From: Phoronis australis
Lineage: Eukaryota > Animalia > Phoronida
Direction of reading: 5' to 3'
Length of the DNA stretch: 64,000 bases
Assembly: GCA_002633005.1 (NCBI GenBank)
Contig: NMRA01000196.1
Span: forward strand, 83,632 to 147,631
Under the pieces are notes generated by a model that saw nothing but the letters and a program-made list of their open reading frames with translations, was not told the DNA's origin and did no database searches. Shown here in pieces: positions 1 through 12,800 of the stretch; positions within the stretch are counted from its first letter, which is position 1, and every line of letters begins with the position of its first letter. The translations under genes and the position numbers were made by a program.

Positions 1-271
1 AAGAACCCAGCGTATCGCATTTGTCTGCGGATTTTTCCTTTGGCCTTCTAGATCCTACTAGTGCCTGGGACAAACAGATACATTGCATAAACAAACCCTG
101 GATCATGTTTTGTGTCCCGTCGGAAGAAAATTTAAATTCGAAAACATCTTCTGATAACGCACAAAAAAGTGTATTAGTAAAATCTACTGATGTTTAAGTG
201 GTTTTAAAAAACAATCGGTAAACTCACCGATTTTTGTCTCATTACTTTGATACGTGTCTCTTCCGATAAGT

Positions 272-1982
272 TAGTACCTAACGTGCAGACAAGCACTCCA
301 AATTGGAACGCTAAGTCCCGCGTGGTTGCGCTGCACGCGAAACAAGATGGCGGACGAATTTTGGAGCCTGACGAAAATAGGTAACCGGACTATATACCTT
401 TTGCGCATAGAAGAACACCTAGGAGGTTGTCGATGTGTTTAATTCCTTCCAACTCGAACAAATACTCCCGTTATGAAACTTTTTCTTCGAGCAGTCCCTA
501 TTTCAGTTCCCAAAATCGTGAAATCAAAATTTTCATTTTTTTAACCAGGCCGAAGGTCAGAAGTTGCAATCCTACCGGCGAACTTTGAAAGCTGAAGTTC
601 CCGCCCTTTGCGTACGTGCTGCCGGGAACCATGCAGCCGTGCATTTGCCGTGTTGTTAAACATTAAAATGTCAAATATATACACAAAGACTATTAAATGT
701 CATATCAACAGCATTTATTTTTATCATATACAAACAATAATTCATTGAAATACAAACAGTTTCAAATAACGCTAATTAAAGACAAGTATAAGTGGTGGCA
801 CAGAAACGAACAATTGACTGACAAGACCGCAATGGCTCACCTTTGGCCTATTTAAAAATTGAGGTGATGAAGTCACATCACCTAGCGAGCGCGGTAAAAA
901 TTCGAGTGTGCGCAGTACAAAAATTTTGATTTCACGATTTTGGGAACTGAAATAGGGACTGCTCGAAGAAAAAGTTTGATAATGGGAGTATTTGTTCGAG
1001 TTGGAAGGAATTAAACACATCGAAAACCTCCTAAGGTGTTCCTCTATGCGCAAAAGGTATTTATAACAACGTGACTTTGTTGATGTAGTCGTTGCGAGGC
1101 ATAATTCGCCGAAAAGCTTCCGACGTACAGAGCGCCTATAGCCTCTGCTTCGGGCCAACAGAGGCGATGGTCATTGCCTACTACTCCCAGGCAACTGGAA
1201 GTGGGGCCAGTGGAGACCATGGTACTGTCTAACCCTAGCAAGGCTCAAAGCCACTGACCATTACTTACCAGGCAACTAACCTACTAGCCTGTCTTTGGGT
1301 AGCCAGCCAACTAGCTGTATGAAGACAATCGTCAAAATACAGCTACTGAGCTAGGCCTAGATTGTTAGGAGGTTGTCGATGTGTTTAATTCCTTCCAATT
1401 CGAACAAATACTCCCATTATCAAACTTTTTCTTCGAGCAGTCCCTATTTCAGATCCCAAAATCGTGAACTCACCATTTTCACTCGGCGCACGCAATGGCT
1501 CACCTTTGGCCTATTTAAAGATTGAGGTCATGAAGTCACATCACCTAGCGAGTGCGGTAAAAATTGGAGCGTGCGCAGTATATATATGGTGAGTTCATGA
1601 TTTTGGGAACTGAACGAGTAACTGCTCGAACAAAAAGTTCGATAACGGAAGTATTTGTTCGAGTTGGAGGGAATTAAACACACCGACAACCTCCTAAGGT
1701 GTCCCTCTAAAATGCGCAAAAAGTATTAATAATAACGTGACTTTCATGCTTTAGCCAGTGCAAGGCATAATTCGCCGAAAAAATTCCGGCGTATGGAGCA
1801 CCTATAAGAGCTGCATCGCCTCTGGTTAGGCCAACAGAGGCGATGGTCATTGCCTAGGTATAGTCCAGATACCTATCGTCGTCAGGCTCCAATGGTCGTC
1901 TGCCATCTTCTTTCGCGCGCAGCGCAGCCACGCGGGACTTAGCGTTCCAATCTAGAGTGGTCGTCTACACCTTAGGTACTAG
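272..1982. repeat. Foldback/inverted-repeat complex, probably rearranged TIR-transposon ends
   Basis: 272-398 is inverted relative to 1857-1982. A ~130-bp module occurs at ~400-540 (+), ~915-1057 (-), ~1366-1480 (+) and ~1585-1722 (-). ~829-1180 is directly repeated at ~1491-1856. Confidence 0.8.
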
Positions 1983-2216
1983 CCTCTTGGGAGTAACACG
2001 CTTGGAAGAACTTAGCCTTGGTACAAAGCTGTATAAAAATTAATATAGAGCTTCTGATTGTGCTATATAAGTTATTGTCGGTATACTAGCCTATGGCAAA
2101 TGTTTTCTTTCTGTTTCAATAAACTGACTATAAATTATAAAATGACTTGACTTGACTTGACTTGTATTGGGGACGATCTGAAGTTGAGGAGGCCTATGAG
2201 CAGTAGCAGTTTCTCA

Positions 2217-2774
2217 TATCGGGAGAATTTCAATGTATCGGGAAAATTTCAATGTATCGGGAAAATTTCAATGTATCGGGAAAATTTCAATGTATCTGGA
2301 GAATTTCATATATTGGGAGAATTTCAATGTATCGGGAGAATTTCAATGGATCGTGAGAATTTCAATGTATCGGGAAAATTTCAATGTATCGGGAAAATTT
2401 CAATGTATCCGGAGAATTTCATATATTGGGAGAATTTCAATGTATCGGGAGAATTTCAATGGATCGTGAGAATTTCAATGTATCGGGAAAATTTCAATGT
2501 ATCGGGAAAATTTCAATGTATCCGGAGAATTTCATATATTGGGAGAATTTCAATGTATCGGGAGAATTCCAATGTTTCGGGATAATTTCAATGTATCGGG
2601 ATAATTTCAATGTATCGGGAAAATTTCAATGTATCGGGAAAATTTCAATGTATCCGGAGAATTTCATATATTGGGAGAATTTCAATGTATCGGGAGAATT
2701 TCAATGTTTCGGGAGAATTTCAATGTTTCGGGATAATTTCAATGTATCGGGAGAATTTCATCATATTGGGATAA
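2217..2774 (+). repeat. 19-bp minisatellite (TATCGGGA(G/A)AATTTCAATG), ~29 copies, with higher-order period
   Basis: Read directly. An 18-bp variant unit recurs at units 5, 11, 17 and 24. Confidence 0.95.
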
Positions 2775-3868
2775 TTTTGTCTGGCTTTAGGATGCATAAA
2801 TTTCCTGATCGGGAGAATTTTCTTCCATTTACTTGAAAATTATTTTTTGATATTCCCAGAAAAATTGATTTGGTCAATGGTGAGCTTGTGTTCAAAAGTA
2901 CACTAATTAACAAGTTCTGGGAAGTTTGTTGTTAGTTGTTTTGGTTGTACAGTGTTGTATTATCTAATAACGGTTGGTGATTTACAGTTTGTACTGTCAG
3001 GTTATTGCTTTTAGCAAGAACTGAAAAGAGATGATCAATCTGTCGAATCAAATCCACCTGGTCAATTATTAATTGCCGCGGTCAATCCTAGTAATATTTC
3101 ACACTATGTTCAATGGTAACTGACTTGAATTTCGCTGATTGATAACTTTTTCCCTAGACACTTTGTGAAATTCATTCTCCTAATTGGGAGAATATCTCCC
3201 AGATCTGGAGAAAAAATTATCTTCCAATTGATAGAATTCACCCGATCGGGCGAAATTCGCTCAATTTGAGAACCAGCTTCTGCTGTTTCAGCTCTATGTA
3301 TTTTAAAGGATGGTATACGAATTAGTAAGAAGTTTTCTCCTTGTCAATAAAAATGGCAGTTATAAAAGCGCTTACTTTCTTCAATTGTCCCTTGTGGTTC
3401 TTTGCATACGTTCAATAAATTGAGCATTTTCTAGCGTCAATAGCTTCATTCACCCTCACCATGATGGTTAGTTGGACTTGCGGAAGCTCCTTCCATGGGC
3501 CATACTGTTGGCAAGTCATCAATGTCACAGTCGTCCGCTTTCCTAATCAATAGGCTTTCGCTTATCCAACCTATTTATTAGAGAAACAGGTGACGGTGTC
3601 ATGAACTGTGATCTGGGGCAGTACTGAAATTCATGACATCGAATTGTTTGGTCTATGTTGGGAGCTTCATCACTTCACTGGGAGTCCACGAAATCATCTT
3701 TCTGAGGATGGACTGTAGCCACTGACGATTGAAAACATTGATTTTGTTGTAAATACTTGATTTTGCCTCATGAAAATCACTTGATATTTGACTCACCAAT
3801 AAAAGTACATAGTAGGCTTTAAATATCTTGGGAATTTGTCCTGAACAATTATCTGCTTTTCTTTACAG

Positions 3869-6800
3869 TCAGATTCAGATGAGACCCGGCGAGAAGTTGA
3901 TTGATCGCCTTGACTCTATAGAAGATACAAAAGGAAACAATGGAGATCGAGGGCGCTTGATTGTCACCAATCTAAGGGTGATCTGGCATTCCCAGACAAT
4001 GCCACGAGTGAATCTTTGTACGTTTTATTTGTGGTTGTTTAAATGGATTTGACATTTAATTGCCACCAAACTGCGTGTCATTCCATAGAATATGTGGATG
4101 AGTGGTTTGTAAGGTAGAAAGTTTGGCTGCCCATATAGTTTTAACTTGAAATTGTGCTTCAAGTATTTTGCCATAAACATGGTCCATGGTCTTTTTAAAA
4201 GGGAACTGTATTTTATTCTGAGAATTTGTTTTCTATGAGCTGTTGATTAATTTCACAAATAATTCAACAGCAAAAAGTAAACTTATATTCTCTAATGAAG
4301 CTCAAAAAATCACCGCTTGGACTGCTGCTTCTCGTGAGGTGTTTTGGTAGGGTAAAGTCAGTGTCTTATTTGAGCGTGCAGTCAAGTGGTGTTGTTGGAA
4401 TTTTAGTGCGAAATGTCAGGTCACCAGGGATACTTGTTTGAGCCGAGGCAACACCCAGTCGTCATCTTTAGATGAAAACTTTCCGGTGCAACCAGTCCGT
4501 ATCAACAATTTACACTGGTGTGACTGTGTCGTGGGCATTGTGGACTCTTACCAATCAGCCAGCTGTCAGTCAATACTCAGCTCTGTAAACTTGAAGGGTT
4601 GGTTAGTTACCGGCTATAGCTGTTAGGAAGACTATCGTACCACTGTGGAATGTCACACAGCGTGTTGACTACCCGGGTATAGTTAACTTAATATGCTCGT
4701 CATGTTGTCGTAAAACTTAAATCAACACATAGAGCTAACGGAGCGGCGGGGGTGCATGCATAATCAGGTATTCAACCGACACTCACCTTGTTTGTTACAG
4801 CCGTTTAAGTGGAAAACAATCAAATAAACATAGTTTTTTAGCATAATTCGCTACCTTTTGTAACAAAGAAAGCTGTCGTCTGTTTCAAAAACTGCACGCT
4901 TGTGACACGGTACACGCGCCATTTCCTAAAATATTACGACATCTTTCGGGAGATGATGACAGCTTTGCAGCAGCAAGGTTTGTTCTAAAATTCAGTTTAC
5001 TGCTATTACTAAAAACTGGTAACGAAATAAAATAAGTTTCGATAATTTCTTGTGACATGTATGCAACCTTGTACTGGCAGTGAAGAACAGTTGCTAAAAT
5101 AATCAGGAGGAAAAGAAACTGGTCTAGGTCAGGTGACATAATCGCCAAAAGCCGACTCAAGAAAACAAATCACACTTTTAGCAGCAGCCGATTAACGACA
5201 GAACGCTAACTTTTTCAACACCCGTAGTTTACTCAAGGAAGAGATTAGTTTTAACGACAGAGTCAGATTTTACTTGTCCACTTTTTACCCATATTGGCGC
5301 AAATTTGTATATTTAGGCCAATGCTAGGGTAACCGATGGTATGCGATGACAACCCCATTAAAAGACACCTTTTTTGAAGAGTTCAAACAACCAGGAGCCA
5401 TACAAAACTGCATGGCGAACCCTTTACAGCACGATGGCAAATAGTAAAAAAATAAGAACGGCTGATACAATGATGAAATACGATGTAAACTCTTTACAAT
5501 ATGGAACAGCACTATGTGATAAGCAGTCGAGGCTCCACCAGCCACGTCACTGACATGTCAGCAAATCAGTGATCGCTGTCAGGATTCCAGTCTTTTGACA
5601 ATACTATGAATGAGCTTTTGTTTAGCGCGCAACTCGGACAAATGTGAGATTTATTTGTATGCTGCATTATTTTTACTACTGTGCCCTTTTAAAGTTTATG
5701 GTAGCAATGCTGTTTAATTTCTTCACAACGTGAATTACTTGTTGCTGTCCTGCATATTAGGCTGTGTTTACCAAATGCTTTTTAGACTATGCCTGATGAA
5801 TGCACAGAACAATGTAAGCTCTGATAGTTGGTTATTGCAACTATGTGGTCAAAGTGGATGCGAGAAAATGTTTTACATTAACAAGTTCAGTGTTATAGCA
5901 TTGTCCATTTTTTCAGCTATTGGGTGGTATTGTGTGATGAATATAACCACAAAGTCAGCTCAGTCCGTAAGTATTAACACAGCAATGAAAAACTTGCCTT
6001 CAAGGAAGTTCGAGAGGCTTCACTTAAAGTGCTCGTATTGTAAAATATGAAATTCGATTGATCATTGTTAACAAGTGAACTATGTCTTTTAAAATGACTA
6101 TTATCACGAAATACACCTTTGGCAACTTATTCAAGCGTTCTAAACCATTGAGAAATTTAATGGAAGACCATACATTTTTCTTGAATGAACAAAATATTGA
6201 ACGCCAATGTTGTACTTGAATGACTTGTCTCTTCTATAGTGTGGTTATGTTACCAGAATCAATATTCAACATAGTTTCGACACACAAAACCATGACTAAA
6301 TACCCATTTCTTTTTTCTAGAATCCATTTCAATGCTAGCTAAATCTTGACAAAATCTTGACAAGTGTGCCTCCATGCACTTATTTTTTTAAATCGTGACA
6401 ACTTACTGTGAAAGGCCAATTCACAAAATATTCTGTCAGGCATGTTAAAGTCTGACTAAATTTCTACAAATTAAATTACTATAATGGCAAAATTAATGTA
6501 CTTAACCACCAATTGAAATTATCCTGTCAACAAGTCTGCCACAGTTTGCCCACTGTATTTTGCATGCAGTTCCGAAGACACCCTTGCTCTGTAAGTCACA
6601 CAATTTTCTGACAACTGTATTCTCTAAGTATAAGCTCTAGCAGCCACTAAAAATTCGACCAAATGTCCTTTGAAAACCGACTCTCAAATATGGACATAGC
6701 CAATGGTTATCTGTGACTCAATTTGTTCCGTTTATTTCAGAAATTAAGAGGAACAACTGAAGCATTGTATGTGCTGACAAAGTGCAACAACACCCGCTTT

Positions 6801-9800
6801 GAATTCATCTTCACAAATCTCGTTCCTGGTTCACCCCGACTGTTCACATCTATCATAGCTGTTCACAGGTAAGCGTGGGATACATTCTGTTAAACTAGCA
6901 AGCTGGATCAAAATGGGAATTCTAGAAATTACATTAGGAGGCACTAATGAATCAGCGATCTTAAGTGTTGCAAGAGCCGTGTATCCCATGGCTGCCTGCC
7001 ACCATGCTGGTGAACAACTTTTTGTTCTCTGTTTATTTAAGTGATTGTCAGATAAACCTTTTCTTCATAATTATTTATTTAGCATCATCTACTGAATCTC
7101 AAGCTGCCCATTGGTACATGTATGAAATTTGAAATTTAACAAAAATCTCAATATAAATATTATTAATCCCTGAAAAATTTAATGTCTTTAGATTATTTTA
7201 AAAATCTTTGTTTCAATTAAATTGATATTAGTAGTGTTGTTTACTCAAGTTAAATAGAGGTGACTAAGGTAATTTCCAGGATCAACCAAGTGTTAGCTAT
7301 ATTACACATTATACACAGGAGCCAGTGTCACGTCCTTGATGCACAAAAATTTCTCAGTGGCTCATTGTGATTGCTTAGCTTAGATCAACAAGCACAATCA
7401 TGTCTTATTTGGTCTAGATATTACAAAAAAGACAAATAGCACGTGCCACAAATTTTTCCACCGGTTGACAACAAATCAGTGACTGGTAATCTAGCTGACT
7501 CTGACCAGGCAACCAACAGTCTGCTAGCCTAGGATTCTTTAGCTTGGTCCCCAATGCAGTCAGAACTTGGGTTATGTGGTCATGAAAATCATTGGGCCCA
7601 CATGAATGAACGGGAGCATGGGTTGCTGTAAAGCTAAACTTTATTTCTTCATTAGTTGTAGTTGCTCGCTTCAACTGTAACATATGAAAAATATGCTATG
7701 AGGTAATTGAACAATACGTTGGTCGTTTACAAACTTAAGTTACAATCATTGTCTATTACTTACTCAAATGTCATCTGCTTGAGTCTTCGAAATACACGTT
7801 ACAACGTTGAAGTTCTAACTATATAACAAAACTACTATACTTTTTTTTTAATTTGCGGCATAAATCATGACAAAACTGTATGATAGTAATGGGAAAAAGT
7901 GTTGAAATAACAATGAGCCAAATTGGTTTGTTACATACAAACCATGGTCTGTCAAACAGTCACACATTATGCAAAATTAACTATGAAGAATATAGTCACC
8001 TGGGAAAATAAACGCGGTAAAAGCTGTATCACAAACCCGAAAACCACCAACAGATGGCGAATAAAGTCGAACTACTAACAGTGTGTTGGCACTTACAGGT
8101 TAGAAATGCGGCAAGTCATCACCACATGCCGTGTCACATTTTATAAAGTCTCGCCCATACAGTATGCAGTGTTTCAATTTTAGTGCAGTCAGAGTAATGA
8201 GAATCGAAAAAAATGGAGGTTGTACGGCAACTGGTTTCATGTTTTGGTTAACTTACGAACGTCTTCCAGACTAATGCACGCATAATTAATTAGAGCCCGG
8301 AGGAATTTGATTAACTTGATGACTTGTCTAGGTAACCAGAAAATTGTAATTTCACCAAGATTATTGCTAAAATCTGTTGCCTTTACCTTAAGTAAAGAAT
8401 ACTCAAGAGCCTTATGGAAGTCGGAAGTCAAGTCGGCTGTGCAGTGTGCTAAGAATAATCAGACCAGTTGGTTATTTTTCTGATGTCTGGTTTCTGACTT
8501 TTTAGTAAAAAAAATTGTGACTTGTGCTGTAAAATGCTAATGAGACCCACCGGTTCTCCAAATTGGCCCACAGACTTGAGGCCTTTTGGGTCAATCCAAA
8601 TACCCTTGTGCAGAAACCTCAGTATCAGTGCGTTTCTCATAATTTCTCAAAAATTTACATTGAAGGCAAAACTTGCGAATGTTTTTGTTTGTGAACATGG
8701 TGAGCCCCAAGAGGTACATGATTGTATAACATTACTTTTGATTTTTGCATTAAACAGGGCATATGAAACATCCAAAATGTATAGAGAGCTGAAGCTGAGA
8801 GGAGCTCTTATTCAAAACAAACAGCTACGATTGTTACCGCAAGAACAGGTTTATGATCAAGTCAACGGTGTGTGGAATTTGTCTAGTGACCAGGTAGGTG
8901 AGACATTAGTGTGAACCACTTTTGCCATTTTGGCATGTAGAAATGACTGAGTTGTCACTCTGTGTTATGGACAAAAACTACTAATGGGTTGATTAGAAGA
9001 CGAAACGCAATAAGTTAGTTATCCCAGTGTGTATACATGTACTACATCAGCTGGTTGTTGTCGAATGCTTTGGTCTTGTCTCTTTTGGAAAAAGCTTTGG
9101 ATTATGAAGTCTGTGTTTGTAACTCTGACCTGTTTCAATGTACTGTACTAAATAAATATAATTATGAAATACAAGTTGTAGCTAGATATTTATAGAGTAG
9201 TTTCTGGGACAACATTTCTTGTCTGTGGATTTAATGTAGTGGGATTCCACAGTGTTTTTACAAATTCTTTCTCAAAATCGGCTGTTTTGTGGTCAGATAT
9301 TCATAATCAGTATATTTAAATGATTCTTGAAAGCAATAAAATTTCTCAACCTCTGAGCTATTTATATATACGTTTGCTGCAGACAATACTTCCTTAAGTC
9401 TGACAAGACTTGACATTAGAATAAAAAATGAATTTCCGTCTCCATCTCATTTGTATTACAATTCGAACATATACTTTGTTCACACGGTACAGTGTACATT
9501 CAATTTGTTTCTTCTTCCTATTTCGATTCCAAGACGGTGCTTTGAGCATCTAATATTGGCATGGGCAAATATTTGCTTTAAAAGCTAATTGCAATTCTTT
9601 GCATACTACAACACTGGTTTTGAAATTTATATAAAAATGACATTTGCTCATTTGTATAATATATGGTCTGTGGTTCTGTCCTGTAAACAGTAGATCATGA
9701 CACTGTAATTTATTTACAGTAAGCGAGTGACAGTCATTTTCACAATTGAAAGTTCACTTTGTAAATCAACTGCCAGATGTTTATTAAGTCACTTTATCAA

Positions 9801-12800
9801 TGAGATATGAGTCTCAAGAGCTCTCTACTGTTTCAAGAGATTAGTCAAAAGAATGTGTGCCAATGTGTTAGAATGGGCACGTATTTTCGTGTGCATTCCT
9901 TAATTACGAGCTTTGACAGAAATTATTTCAACGAAACGTTGCGTGTTCGTTGTATCACCAGTTAGCCTTTTCAACTTTAAGGCTACTCGTTTCATTACGA
10001 AGTACCTTGTTGATGCTACCATTGTTGTTTTCAGGGAAATCTTGGGACATTTTTTGTTACCAACGTTCGACTGGTGTGGTATGCAAATTTGAATGAAACA
10101 TTTAATGTCAGTATACCATACTTGCAGATGGTAAGTGTTTAATCTCTTCTCGGTTCCATACTTACAAACTACCTCATGCCTTTATCTGAAGAGAACTTCC
10201 TAAGCCAGCAGTCCATCATTCATTAGTGTAGGCTATACTTTCTCTATGTCTTGATCAATGGTCACGTGATGTAACTGAGGTAAAGGGATGCTTATTGGGT
10301 TCACGTTCGCGCCCCCTTGGATGCAATTTTTGATACACTGTAAGAAATGTAACTAACGAAATAACAATCAGTCTGTTTCATTTCTGGCTTATTGGCATAT
10401 TTTTCATTGATATCCATTATGTACTGCCTGATTTGCCTCATTTTTCCTGTTACATTGCCCATCATTCTGCGTTAATGTACTTTATGATTTCTGAACTGTT
10501 TTCTAAATGTAGCCCCAACAAATTGTAATGAAATGAACCCTGAGAACTTAGGAAAATGGGTTCCGTGGACCCCAGTTCTTGAGAGCGTAATAATTTACTG
10601 CACTCTGTACCAGACTCACCTCTTTTCAGCTCTCTGGACCAGTTTTACTGAGAAGTTTTAAATTAATATTTTTCATTCTCTTGTTAAGCTCATGGTCAGA
10701 ATTTTTTGGAATAGTTGATAAACTGGTTCACTGCTTTAGCTGTCCAATTTCATGTTTTTTAGAAATCAGTGAAAATACGAGATTCAAAGTTTGGTACAGC
10801 ACTTGTGATTGAGAGCTCAGCACAGGTAAATCTGTCATTTGTTGATCGCATGTGTTCTGTAGTCAGCAACTTTGCTTTCATTAAGGAAGGCACTTCGAAG
10901 TGCTATCCGCGAGTGCTTCGATGTCGCTAATGAATGATCTACTTTCCGTGTTGGTTTTGTTGGAGATGTAGCTTGAGAAATGCTCGCCAAATATAACAGC
11001 ACTTTCTGTGAATGCGTCGTTCAATAGCACAATCTTGTGAAGCACTTCGAAGCGCTTTCCTTATTGAATGCAAGGCTGATTAGACCTTGACATGCTCAAA
11101 TAGAGCTTACCAGTGTTTAAAGTGAAATGACACGCAATCTCAAAGGCCCAAGAATTTTGCATCTTCAAACTAAGACGAATCAATTTTGAGAAAGTAATGC
11201 TGATTAGCTTCACCCAAGACGGAAGTTAAAAAGTACGGACAAATCAAATTGTGAAATTGCTTTTTGTTTTGGAACTATTTTTCATCAAAGCAAAAACAAC
11301 AAAAATTTAATGAAATGAGACAAGTCATTTGAAAGACATGTTGGTGGTGGATGGTGTGAAATGAATGTCTCTTTTATTCTTAGCATCTATTTTGAACTGA
11401 TTCTCTGGATTATTTTTATTGATGAAAATGAACTTTGTTTGTTCACAAAGTAATAAAAAAGTTTAATATTAACTTACGAGGCTGTTTTTTGTGTAGATCA
11501 AGTCTTGTTTGTTTCATTCAATGTGTGGGGGGGGGCAGTTCTAAACAAGGTGGAAGGTTTTTGTTAGCTACCTGTATTCTGTTTACGAGACTTCTTCGGT
11601 AACTTGAACCGTTTACTTTTTAATGCTCTATAACTTTTTCGATAAAGTGAGTTCTTCTGGATTGTGTTTTTTGACCTGGATCTTTACCATAAAAAGTGGC
11701 TTTCAGAAATTAGGTCTTACACAGCAAAAACTACTTCAGAAAAACAATTAAATCTCTATTAAGCAAAAGCGCAGTCTGTGAGAATAATGCACATAACTGA
11801 TGACTATTGAGATAATTTCTGTTAGATTATTTTTACAGTGCGATGTGCTCATAATTACTTAGTTATAGTGTTTTTCAGTAATTTCAAAGTGGGAGCGTCA
11901 GACCAAGTCTCTGTCTTAAGTCTTAAGTCCCTCTGACCCCTGTGCTTATTTGTATTGTCAGAGTGGTGGCTATGTTCTTGGTTTTCGTCTTGATCCGATT
12001 GAGAAGCTACAGGAGACTGCAAAACAGATCCAAAGTCTTCACAAAGTCTACAGCGCCTGTCCCATCTTTGGAGTAGAGTTTGAAACTGAGGAGGCGGTAT
12101 GTATTAGTTCTGTTGATTTAATCTTGACTATTATTATGATTAATTGGGTGTGTAATAAGAGTACAGTTCACAGTTTGCAGCAATACTGAGGCACTCTGAC
12201 GTCTTGAGGACTGCAAGGGACGGGGAGCCATACATGTATATTTGCAAACTGGAGCATGTTTCATTAAAGGACTGATGGTTGTTTGTAGTCAATCATGTGA
12301 TTAATCAGTTACATTTTTGAGATTTAAACAGCTTAATCAAGACTTTTGGTGTGGAAAAAAGATCTCAAGTTTTGTAACAGTTGTTATTTTCAATGAATCA
12401 TTTCATTGAGTTGTAAACTGCAATTTGAAAAGACTGTGAACTTTCAGAGTGAAACATGTTCTTGTACCGTATGTACTCTGGGTATAAACCTATTCTTTTA
12501 CTGTATGTACTCTTGGTATAAACCGAAGTTCTTGTACCATATGTACTCTGGGTATAACCTAATATGTTCTTGTACCCTATGTACTCTGGGTATAAACCTT
12601 AAGTTCTGCTAAGAAGTGAACTTTTGTTTTAGACCACTTAAACTGCTTTAAAGTTGGTTTCTACTTGTTCCATACTCGTACAAGGCAATAAGTAATTCCT
12701 GGGTTTGCTAAGACCTGAGAGTTCATTATTTCTTGACACCATGCTCGGCCCACAATATGACGCGCTTTGACCAGTCAATTTGTAAAAACACCATTTTTAG

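Noticed and set aside
2157-2836. Repetitive ORFs (MYRENFNVSG...) and a CRISPR-like look
   Set aside because: These are translations of a 19-bp tandem repeat with no unique spacers, in a eukaryotic context with no cas genes.
1-3868. BBS5 first coding exon (expected ..LWEDRDVRFD..)
   Set aside because: Not found by eye; presumed to lie upstream of the window.
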